Translations under genes and position numbers: made by a program
Notes under the pieces: model-generated
Told to the model about the DNA's origin: nothing
Database searches by the model: none
The model's input: only the letters and a program-made list of their open reading frames with translations
Assembly (NCBI GenBank): GCA_029266815.1
Contig: JAQSWC010000005.1
Span: forward strand, 1-28,175
DNA: 28,175 bases
Source: Paucimonas sp.
Lineage (GTDB): Bacteria > Pseudomonadota > Gammaproteobacteria > Burkholderiales > Burkholderiaceae_D
Reading direction: 5' to 3'
Part shown: piece by piece, positions 1-7,870 of the stretch
Numbering within the stretch: position 1 is the first letter of the stretch
Layout: every line of letters begins with the position of its first letter

Positions 1-191
1 ACTGTTTTGATATATACATAGCCATCCTTGCCAGTTGCGACCTCGTCACCTTCCTGCACCGGATGACCGGCGACCGCACCCTCACCGCCTACTGTGGACG
101 TCCCTGCAGAAAACACAATACGTCCCGCTTCTCCCGCATTGACAGCAGTAGACAGCAAGATTGCAAGAATTGAAATAATTGAACGCAACAT
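1..191 (-). CDS. Exported FecR-domain-like protein, 5' part only (runs off window edge)
   Basis: Manual translation of the minus strand from ATG 191 gives MLRSIISILAILLSTAVNA-GEAGRIVFSAGTSTVGGEGAVAGHPVQEGDEVATGKDGYVYIKT. It has a Sec signal peptide (AxA) and an 'EGD.V.TG.DG.V.I' motif typical of FecR N-terminal domains. SD AGGGGA lies just upstream. No stop in the window, so it is missing from the ORF track. Confidence 0.75.
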   Translation of the reverse strand, partial: MLRSIISILAILLSTAVNAGEAGRIVFSAGTSTVGGEGAVAGHPVQEGDEVATGKDGYVYIKT

Positions 192-202
192 GAGTTTCCC
201 CT

Positions 203-216
203 TGCCTAGCATTGTG
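203..216 (-). promoter_or_regulatory. Putative -10 element (CACAAT, 216..211) and start site (~203-204) of the FecR-like gene
   Basis: CACAAT on the minus strand, placed so that the CRP box centre (244.5) falls near -41. A short leader would still contain the SD. Confidence 0.4.
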
Positions 217-233
217 CAGGCAGACTCAAAAAA

Positions 234-255
234 AGATGTGACAGCAGTCACATTT
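234..255. promoter_or_regulatory. CRP/Crp-family binding site
   Basis: agaTGTGAcagcagTCACAttt: perfect TGTGA-N6-TCACA core at 237..252 with A/T flanks, in the divergent intergenic region. The nearby Crp gene has the cognate S-R-E-T-V-x-R helix. Confidence 0.85.
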
Positions 256-355
256 TAATGAGGCAATCGCTGAAATTTGTTGTTTTTTGTTTTTTTGCAC
301 CAGAAACCACGAACTCAGGCGCAAGCGGATTGCGATTTAGCGCCGCAGGAACAGC

Positions 356-2290
356 GTGGCTTTGCCAGTAGTTCGCAGGAACTATCCAGTTTATACTGCG
401 CCATTTCAAAATAACGCAGGCAATGCCAGGTCAAGCGCACTTTTGCCCCTGCCGCCATCGGTGACTGCTCTTCGCACTCCTCTTTCTTTCATTGCGATCC
501 TGCGATCGAGCATTGCGCTGGTCGCCGTCATTATCGGGATATGGGTCCAACTTTCATCGTCAGCCGCGTCATTCCGATTTGCCGATGAGTGGCTGCGCGA
601 TCGGCTCGTCCGAATGCATGCGTCTTTCGTACCGGAAGAACGAGTCATTCTGGTCGATATCGACGAAGCGAGCTTGTCTTCGTTCGGCCCCTGGCCATGG
701 CCGCGAGCTCGCCTGGCGGAACTGGTCGAGCACCTGATCGGCACCTACTCAGCGCGGGCGGTAGCGCTCGATCTGGTCTTTCCTGAGCCGGCAGATCATG
801 AAGGAGACGCTCGGCTGGCGATGTTGGCACAACATGGCCCGGTTGTACTTGCACAGGCATTTGACTATGCCACCCGCCCTGTTGCCTTACGCGTCGGCAG
901 GCTTGGACAGGGCAGCCCGGTTGCAACGCCCGAGGCTGTCGCGGCTCAAGGTTTCATCGCCAATCATGCCGGGCTTGCTGAGGCGTCGCATGTCTCCAAT
1001 ATCGGTGTCATTCCCGATCCGGACGGCACATTACGGCGCCTTCCAGTCATCACCGCATTCGAGGGCCAGCATTACCCCACGCTGTCGCTGTCCCTCACAC
1101 GCGTCGCTCAGGTGGCGCCGCGCCTGCCGGATGAGCAGACAGGACTGACTCGCATCCCCTACGCACGAACCTGGGACAGTTATACGGTCATACCAGCCGC
1201 CAATGTTCTGCACGGTCAGGCACCGGCCGATCTTCTCAAAGGCAAGCTCGTTATCATCGGATCGTCCTCTCTTGGGTTGAGCGACCGGGTTTCAACGCCG
1301 CTCGATCCGCTCACCAGCGGCATGCTGGTGCATGCCGCAATGACTTCGCACTGGCTCGACCTTCAGCAAGGAACCGCGCCGGCACAGTGGCCGGGGAAGG
1401 CGATTGCGGTCATCTTTGCGATTGTGGCCACCTTGTTACTCATGTACTGCCTGTCGCGCCTCTCCGCTGTAATGAACGCATGCCTGCTGGGCGGGCTGTT
1501 TGTAGGCTGGATCGGACTGGCTTACCTGATCGCTCCGCACGATCCCGTATTTTCACCGACCGGCCCGCTGGCCGTACTGCTATTCCTGATGGCGATTGCG
1601 GTACCCGTGCACTGGCAACTCTCCCAGCGCAGGTCGCGAAGACTGCTCGGCACACTCAAGCAATATGTCGCCACTGCGGTCGTCGATGAACTGCTGCGGC
1701 TCGACCTCAAGGATCCACTTGCACCTCGGCATCTTCATGTAACCACTCTGATCGCGGACATGGAAGGCTATACCACCCACGTGGAAGCGTTGCATATGGA
1801 TCACGCTGCCGCACTTACACGCGATTTCCTCGGCTGCCTGACACGACCAGTGCTGGAGTGTCGTGGCACGCTCGACAAATTTACCGGAGACGGCCTGGTG
1901 GCTTTCTGGGGGGCCCCGCTACCGGTTGATGACCATGCCGATCTTGCTCTCGACGCGGCACAAGGCATTGTCCGGGAAGTCCGGCGGTTCAACGATGCAA
2001 GGGAAACACTTGGACTGTCGCGCCTTCGAGTGCGCATCGGCATCGAGAGCGGCGTAGCCATGGCCGGCGATTTTGGATCTGCCTCGCGCAGCATCTACAC
2101 GGCTGTCGGTGACAGCGTTAACACCGCATCGAGACTGGAATCGATCGCGAAGAACATGCCTCACGACGTCATCATTGGTGCCGGCACGGCCGTACTGGCG
2201 AAACGCCATGCGCTCGCCTATCTCGGGGAAGTGACTCTACGCGGCAAGGAAAAGCCGACCAGGCTCTATACGCTGGAAGAACCGACATGA
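356..2290 (+). CDS. CHASE2-domain membrane class III adenylate/guanylate cyclase
   Basis: N-terminal TM, then CHASE2 motifs (ILVDIDEASL, WPWPRARLA, DLVFPEP, PDPDG.LRR), three TMs and the cyclase core (ADMEGYT, DKFTGDG, YTAVGDSVNTASRLE). GTG 356 has an AGGA SD; GTG 461 is an alternative start. Confidence 0.92.
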   Translation: MALPVVRRNYPVYTAPFQNNAGNARSSALLPLPPSVTALRTPLSFIAILRSSIALVAVIIGIWVQLSSSAASFRFADEWLRDRLVRMHASFVPEERVILVDIDEASLSSFGPWPWPRARLAELVEHLIGTYSARAVALDLVFPEPADHEGDARLAMLAQHGPVVLAQAFDYATRPVALRVGRLGQGSPVATPEAVAAQGFIANHAGLAEASHVSNIGVIPDPDGTLRRLPVITAFEGQHYPTLSLSLTRVAQVAPRLPDEQTGLTRIPYARTWDSYTVIPAANVLHGQAPADLLKGKLVIIGSSSLGLSDRVSTPLDPLTSGMLVHAAMTSHWLDLQQGTAPAQWPGKAIAVIFAIVATLLLMYCLSRLSAVMNACLLGGLFVGWIGLAYLIAPHDPVFSPTGPLAVLLFLMAIAVPVHWQLSQRRSRRLLGTLKQYVATAVVDELLRLDLKDPLAPRHLHVTTLIADMEGYTTHVEALHMDHAAALTRDFLGCLTRPVLECRGTLDKFTGDGLVAFWGAPLPVDDHADLALDAAQGIVREVRRFNDARETLGLSRLRVRIGIESGVAMAGDFGSASRSIYTAVGDSVNTASRLESIAKNMPHDVIIGAGTAVLAKRHALAYLGEVTLRGKEKPTRLYTLEEPT

Positions 2291-3504
2291 AGCGGCTCTT
2301 TAATTTGCCATTAGCGCTTATGCTGATATTGTCCGGCAGCGTATACGCCGATGCCGCCGAGGACCAGCAGGATCTCTACCTTGATGCGATGCGTTCGCTC
2401 TCGGAGGGTCGCCAAGCCGAGGCCACCGACATGCTGACACGCATGATCGAACAGGAACCTCAGCATGCAGGCGCTTGGCTGGATCTTGCCATCCTGCAGT
2501 GCCGGTTGGGTCATGCAGACGAGGCCGAGCGGCTGTTCGGTCTGATCGAGTCGCGCTTTGCTCCGCCTCCAGGCATTAGGGAAGTCATTCAAGTCTATAG
2601 AAAGCGCGGCTGCAAGTGGGAGCGAAAGTCACGAAGCTCAGTGTCGCTCGCGCGAGGCAGCGACAGCAACGTCAACCAGGGAGCCACGAATCCCATATTC
2701 AGCATTGGCGGAGGTCCCTCGCCGAGGGAGCTCCAACTGACACCGGAATTTCTTCCACAGCCCGATCAATACACCCTGCTCTCCGCGTCATGGTCGGGTG
2801 ACCTGACGCGAAGCGCACTGGAAGGATTTGCGCACTTCCGGATGCGTCGTAACGACTCGCTGGCGAAATACAACACGGCTACTCTCGCTGCCGGAATAGA
2901 GAAACCCTGGCGTTTCGGTGATTGGAGGGTGCGAGGTACGACAAACGCCAGCCTGATCACGCTTGAAAATCGTCTTTATCAAAAGCAGGCACAGCTCCTG
3001 GCGCGTATCACTCCGCCGGCTTTTCTGCCGGAGCGGTTCGATGTAAACCTGATGACCGGTTTGACGCACGTGAAGTACCAAAGCCTCCTCAACTTCGACA
3101 GCAACACTCTTGAGACAGGAATCCAGCTCGGATATAGCCGTACAAACGCACGATTCCAGGCAAGCGGCGGCTATCTTGTCGACTATGGCAGTGCCAAGCG
3201 CTTGGGAGGAAACAGGTCTGGCTGGTATGCCGGCTTGCAGGGCCAGGCACAAATTCGGGACCGCCTGATTGCGGAGGCAAGCTGGATGAAGCAGCATTGG
3301 GTCGGGGCGACGATCTACTCACCAAACCTGATCGACAAAATCAGAGAGCAGGACATGCAACTCTACCGGGCCGCCCTTATCGTGCCTTTCCGTGACCATC
3401 ACGCACTTCAGCTGGAATGGCGGCGCGTCAAAAACAACGAGAATATCTCGCTTTTTCAATATAATAGCCGCCTGCTGCAGCTGAGCTGGCAGTGGCAGAA
3501 ATGA
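2287..3504 (+). CDS. TPR-containing outer-membrane beta-barrel protein (Slam/DUF560-like)
   Basis: Signal peptide (SVYA-D), two TPR-like helical pairs, a GSDSNVN motif, alternating amphipathic beta-strands and an aromatic C-terminal strand (LQLSWQW). ATGA overlap with the cyclase stop. Confidence 0.75.
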   Translation: MKRLFNLPLALMLILSGSVYADAAEDQQDLYLDAMRSLSEGRQAEATDMLTRMIEQEPQHAGAWLDLAILQCRLGHADEAERLFGLIESRFAPPPGIREVIQVYRKRGCKWERKSRSSVSLARGSDSNVNQGATNPIFSIGGGPSPRELQLTPEFLPQPDQYTLLSASWSGDLTRSALEGFAHFRMRRNDSLAKYNTATLAAGIEKPWRFGDWRVRGTTNASLITLENRLYQKQAQLLARITPPAFLPERFDVNLMTGLTHVKYQSLLNFDSNTLETGIQLGYSRTNARFQASGGYLVDYGSAKRLGGNRSGWYAGLQGQAQIRDRLIAEASWMKQHWVGATIYSPNLIDKIREQDMQLYRAALIVPFRDHHALQLEWRRVKNNENISLFQYNSRLLQLSWQWQK

Positions 3505-3899
3505 CATTTCCGCCAAGCGCCCTTCGGAATACAGGCCGAGGTAACTAGGTCCGCGCAGGGATCGCAAACGGTGGCGGATATGATCTTGAAGTTGCCTGCT
3601 CTTGCTGAAAGGGCATTTATTTCTCAACTGCCTGGTGCCTTCACCTCTACATTGGCTCCCGCCCGTATAAGTTTGCGGCGGGTTCTTGCATTTGGATCCA
3701 TGACGTATCTGTCTGGATGGATGCTCAGGCTGCCATCGGTTACAGATGGAGAGGCCTAGTCTCTTGATTGCAGGCGGATGGAGTGACACCATGCCGATTT
3801 GGGTACCGGGTCGCGGCTTCTGCGCGCACGACGTCGTGAACACAGGCAGCATACCGCTGGCAACACTGAGTCCCTGCCGGCAATTGGAATCTGATTGAG

Positions 3900-4688
3900 A
3901 TGAGCTTGAAAAAACAGGAATTGCGCAATATTGAAGTGAGCGTCGATGCGGATGGCGATGCGCAGCAGTCCGCCATCGCCGCTGAAGTCGCAAATCAGGC
4001 AACGCAAGTTCATCTCCAGGTTCATCTACGCAAGGTTCCCTTGTTCGCGGGACTTACCGCTGAAGAAATGCAACGGGTGAAATCAGAACTGCGCTTTCGC
4101 CAGTATGCAAGGCGCGACGTAGTGCTACAGAAAGGCGGCGCCGGCGACAGCCTGCTTGTTCTGATTTCCGGCCAGTTGCAGGTCATCGACATTACCGAGG
4201 ATGGACGGGCAATTGGCTTGCGCATGCTGTCGCCCGGCGAGTTTTTCGGCGAAATTGCAGTTATTAACGGCTCTACCCGCTCGGCATCCGTCGTCGCATT
4301 GAGTCCGGCCATCGTCGCCTTTCTCCCGGCGGCGACCGCCCTGCACCTTTTTTCGCATTCCCCATCCGTAGCCAGCCAACTGCTCCGTCATCTTGCGCAA
4401 AAAATCCAGCGCGACTCCGAATTCCGCGCGCTGCTAAGCATTAACAACACCTCGAAACGGATCTTCCATTTTCTGCTGCTGCTTAAGCAGAACCAGCCGG
4501 GCAATGTCCAGGCAGTCGAGAATCTGCCCACCCATCAGGACATTGCAAACATGATCAACACCAGCCGCGAAACCGTCACCCGGACACTACTGACACTGGC
4601 GCAGCAGGGGATCATCAGGAAAGATTCCAATCGTCTGATCATCAACGATCCAGAAGCACTTCAGAAGCTCGTTAGCGGCTCGACGTGA
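3900..4688 (+). CDS. Crp/Fnr-family cyclic-nucleotide-binding transcriptional regulator
   Basis: cNMP pocket FFGEIAVINGSTRSASVVAL and HTH THQDIANMINTSRETVTRTL. No N-terminal Fnr cysteines. Confidence 0.93.
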   Translation: MSLKKQELRNIEVSVDADGDAQQSAIAAEVANQATQVHLQVHLRKVPLFAGLTAEEMQRVKSELRFRQYARRDVVLQKGGAGDSLLVLISGQLQVIDITEDGRAIGLRMLSPGEFFGEIAVINGSTRSASVVALSPAIVAFLPAATALHLFSHSPSVASQLLRHLAQKIQRDSEFRALLSINNTSKRIFHFLLLLKQNQPGNVQAVENLPTHQDIANMINTSRETVTRTLLTLAQQGIIRKDSNRLIINDPEALQKLVSGST

Positions 4689-4869
4689 GACTGGTTCTCC
4701 CTTGATCCGCTTTGCGGAAAGCTCTGTGTAATAATTGCCGCTTCCTTTACTTCCGCACTACAGGCATTCGCGTGTTTCCGCTGTTTTTCCCGTCATCTCC
4801 GTATCAAAGCGTGGCTGTCTGCGTCGCCACCAACGCATGCATGCAAACTATTTCGCCTGTTGATCTCTG

Positions 4870-6201
4870 ATGGGAACCATTCGCGTCTCCAATCTGGGAA
4901 AGGCATATAAGCAGTACCCAAATCGCTGGTCGCGCCTGGTCGAATGGATCTCGCCTTTCCGTGTTAAACGACACGAGCTGAAATGGGTACTGAAAGATAT
5001 CAACTTCAATATTGCCCCTGGCGAATCGGTCGGCATCATCGGCTATAACGGCGCCGGCAAGAGCACGTTGCTCAAACTGATTACCGGAACTAACCAGCCC
5101 ACCTGCGGCGAGGCCTCGGTAGAGGGGCGCGTCGCTGCCCTGCTTGAACTCGGCATGGGCTTTCATCCTGACTTCACCGGTCGTCAGAACGCCGTCATGT
5201 CAGGCCAGTTGATGGGGCTTAGCGTGGAAGAAATAACTGCGTTGATGCCTCAAATTGAATCCTTCGCCGAGATCGGCGATTATATAGACCAGCCGGTACG
5301 CGTATATTCGAGCGGCATGCAGGTCCGCTTGGCGTTCGCCGCCGCGACTGCAGTGCGGCCCGACATACTGATCGTGGACGAGGCTCTCGCGGTTGGCGAC
5401 GTTTTCTTTCAGCAGAAATGCTTCGAGCGCATTCGCAGTTTTTGCGAGGCCGGCACTACGCTGCTGTTTGTCTCGCATGCAATGAGCGTCGTGTATTCAC
5501 TATGCGACCGCGCAATAATGATTGATGGTGGCCGTCTCGAAATTGACGGCTCACCGCGTGAAGTCATCGACCTCTATAACGCAAAAGTGCTTCAGCGCCA
5601 AAACGGCGCGGATCACGACATGCAGATCGTTACCGGCCGCCACGAAGCCCGGGAAAATGAAACGCCTACGTCATCCGAAGAGCCGCTAGTCGAGATGGAC
5701 GTACCCGATGCACCGGCGATCGGCTCGTTTTCCTCACAAGGCGTGACAATACGTGCAGTGGAAGTGCTGGCCGGTGGCCGCCCGGTGTCAGCGGTTGTCA
5801 GCGATTCTGATGCCACTGTCCGGATCCAGGTGCAATTCGATCAGTCATTCTCCGATCCGCACGTCGGCTTCCAGATTCGAAATGCGATGGGCGAGGCCAT
5901 ATTCATGACCAATACTTATTGCATGCATCGCTCGATCGGTGCGGTGCATGCAGGCGATGCAATTACGATCGAGTTCTCATTCAAGGCCGCTCTGTCACCA
6001 GGAGACTATACGGTGACTACCGGAGTTGCAGACGGCGGGGTGGGCGAAACAACCTTTCGCCGGACGCTGGCACGCTTGCAGGATGCGAGAGCATTCACGA
6101 TACTGAGAAACCTGGATGCAATCCTCTGGCATGGGATCTGCAATCTCGATCCAACCTGCAAGGTCCGACGCACAGGCAGAGAGGCGCCGCATGACGCGTG
6201 A
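4870..6201 (+). CDS. wzt: Polysaccharide ABC exporter ATP-binding subunit with C-terminal Wzt_C carbohydrate-binding domain
   Basis: Walker [10 protein letters not shown], signature [12 protein letters not shown], Walker B LIVDEAL. Wzt-type N-terminus ([13 protein letters not shown]) and C-terminal beta domain ([18 protein letters not shown]). Confidence 0.92.
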   Translation: MGTIRVSNLGKAYKQYPNRWSRLVEWISPFRVKRHELKWVLKDINFNIAPGESVGIIGYNGAGKSTLLKLITGTNQPTCGEASVEGRVAALLELGMGFHPDFTGRQNAVMSGQLMGLSVEEITALMPQIESFAEIGDYIDQPVRVYSSGMQVRLAFAAATAVRPDILIVDEALAVGDVFFQQKCFERIRSFCEAGTTLLFVSHAMSVVYSLCDRAIMIDGGRLEIDGSPREVIDLYNAKVLQRQNGADHDMQIVTGRHEARENETPTSSEEPLVEMDVPDAPAIGSFSSQGVTIRAVEVLAGGRPVSAVVSDSDATVRIQVQFDQSFSDPHVGFQIRNAMGEAIFMTNTYCMHRSIGAVHAGDAITIEFSFKAALSPGDYTVTTGVADGGVGETTFRRTLARLQDARAFTILRNLDAILWHGICNLDPTCKVRRTGREAPHDA

Positions 6202-6814
6202 CGTGGTATGGCAGGAATTCGCTATCGACAAAGCGTTTCGTGCTCACGCAAAAGGCCAGCGCCCGTGCCTGCTATGGTTCACAGGGTTGAGCGGCTCCGG
6301 CAAATCCACGATCGCCTCACTGCTTGAGCAACGCCTGGCGGCAGCCGGCAAGCATACTTATCTACTTGACGGTGACAACGTGCGGCACGGGTTATGTCGA
6401 GACCTCGACTTCACCCTGGAAGACCGCGCCGAGAATATCCGCCGCATTGGCGAAGTCGGAAGGCTGATGGTCGATGCTGGGTTAATGACATTGACGGCCT
6501 TTATCTCGCCTCTCCGTTCCGAACGCAGGATAGCCCGCGAGCTGTTTACCCGCGATGAATTCATCGAGATCTTCGTCGATACCCCGATCGACGTATGCGA
6601 ACAGCGCGACCCTAAGGGCCTATACGGAAAGGCGCGTGCAGGGACGATACGCGATTTCACTGGCATCGACTCCCCTTACGAACAACCCGAATCGCCCGAA
6701 CTGTGTCTCAACACTGTCCGCCACTCCCCGGGAAAGTGCGTGGAACAGATCCTTGCCTATCTAATCCTGCATGGATTTGTAAACCGAAACGCGGCGGACA
6801 TAGCAGAACGTTAA
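6191..6814 (+). CDS. cysC: Adenylyl-sulfate (APS) kinase
   Basis: [44 protein letters not shown]. Start trimmed to ATG 6191 (MTRDVVWQ), which overlaps the wzt stop and has a GAGG SD. Confidence 0.95.
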   Translation: MTRDVVWQEFAIDKAFRAHAKGQRPCLLWFTGLSGSGKSTIASLLEQRLAAAGKHTYLLDGDNVRHGLCRDLDFTLEDRAENIRRIGEVGRLMVDAGLMTLTAFISPLRSERRIARELFTRDEFIEIFVDTPIDVCEQRDPKGLYGKARAGTIRDFTGIDSPYEQPESPELCLNTVRHSPGKCVEQILAYLILHGFVNRNAADIAER

Positions 6815-6870
6815 GCCTCGTGCTTTTACGATAAAATCTCGCTTCCCGCGCGCGGGCCGTCAACTCATCA

Positions 6871-7839
6871 ATGCACCTACTTCTCACTACTTCGCGATCC
6901 TTCCTGCTGCTCGATACTAAAAGCGGCGATATACGCTGCATCGAGCGCGGACATGGACTCTATTATGGAATCGCGCACGACGGCGACCATCTGTATGTAG
7001 CCGCGCGCAACCGTTTGGTTTCGTCCGACATTCCTCAGAATGAAGAGCGCGGGGAAATCCGCATCTTCGATCGCATGCTTCGACCATGCGGGTCGCTCCA
7101 GGCGCCGTTCGCCCTGAGAGACCTCCACGAGATAGGCTGGCACCGCGGCAAGCTGTGGGTCACCGCCTCTCATGACAATATGATCGCCATCTTTGATGGC
7201 GCCGCATGGGAACAGTGGTATCCGCTCGGGATGCCAGAAGGAGGCCCCTCGGACATCAACCACTTCAATTCCTTCATGTTCGATGATGACCGCGTGTGGA
7301 TTCTTGCACATAACCGCGGCGCGAGCGAACTGCTCGCCTTTTCATTGGAGACGCGCGAGCTGATCGAAAAAATAGGATTAGGCTACTGTGCGCACAACAT
7401 ATGGCGCGAAAACGGATCATTCTTCACTTGCTCGTCCGCCGAAGGCATGGTGAAAGGTGAAAATGGCTTTTCGCTGGAGACAGGTGGGTTTCCACGAGGC
7501 GCTGCGCACGCTGGGGGCATCCGCTGCATCGGCATATCAGAGGTGGCGGAACGCAAGGCACGGGACTTAACAGTTGGAAAAGTCATCGTCTTTGACGAAG
7601 ACTGGCGACAGGAGAAAGAAATCCACTTGCCCGGCGAAGGACTTATTCTTGACCTGATGCCGCTTCCTCAGGGTTTTTGCCTTGCCCCTGCCTCGAATGC
7701 CGACACGTTCGGCAGGAAATTTTCGGCTTTTATGAAGGGGCTACTTCCTGACCGGTTGCGTCTCCGAGTGGTCACAGCAGCGTACCCATTGGGCTTGCAG
7801 GTAGCGGCCGACCCGCCTTCAACCCAGAGAATGGCCTGA
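6871..7839 (+). CDS. Uncharacterised beta-propeller-like protein (DUF4915/TIGR03032-like; candidate sulfotransferase)
   Basis: Repeated short beta-blade pattern with motifs DLH(86), HFNS(131-134), AHN(H175) and GFPRG..IGIS. No obvious signal peptide. Directly downstream of cysC. Confidence 0.55.
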   Translation: MHLLLTTSRSFLLLDTKSGDIRCIERGHGLYYGIAHDGDHLYVAARNRLVSSDIPQNEERGEIRIFDRMLRPCGSLQAPFALRDLHEIGWHRGKLWVTASHDNMIAIFDGAAWEQWYPLGMPEGGPSDINHFNSFMFDDDRVWILAHNRGASELLAFSLETRELIEKIGLGYCAHNIWRENGSFFTCSSAEGMVKGENGFSLETGGFPRGAAHAGGIRCIGISEVAERKARDLTVGKVIVFDEDWRQEKEIHLPGEGLILDLMPLPQGFCLAPASNADTFGRKFSAFMKGLLPDRLRLRVVTAAYPLGLQVAADPPSTQRMA

Positions 7840-7870
7840 CCATGACCCGAAACCATGAGGAACGGCCAGC

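Noticed and set aside
756-768. GGGCGGTAGCG ops-like core
   Set aside because: Inside the cyclase CDS (codons for R-A-V-A) and lacks the terminal TG.
3533-3600. Faint resemblance to a c-di-GMP-I riboswitch 5' end
   Set aside because: Lacks the GNRA tetraloop/receptor and the conserved junction bases.
3827-3838. 12-bp perfect palindrome CACGACGTCGTG upstream of crp
   Set aside because: Several palindromes of this length are expected by chance in 28 kb, and it matches no motif I know.
356-4688. Cyclase + cNMP effector as a Pycsar/CBASS-like antiphage system
   Set aside because: The cyclase is a CHASE2 receptor type with ATP-type residues and the partner is a DNA-binding Crp, not a TIR, TM or nuclease effector.
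4799-4870. Possible wzm C-terminal remnant ending in TGATG at the wzt start
   Set aside because: The translation (..MQTISPVDL*) shows no convincing Wzm features or TM segment.
6116-6190. 25-aa N-terminal extension of CysC / possible Wzt-CysC frameshift fusion
   Set aside because: The extension lies inside the wzt C-terminus, ATG 6191 has its own SD and gives a normal CysC start, and I see no slippery site.
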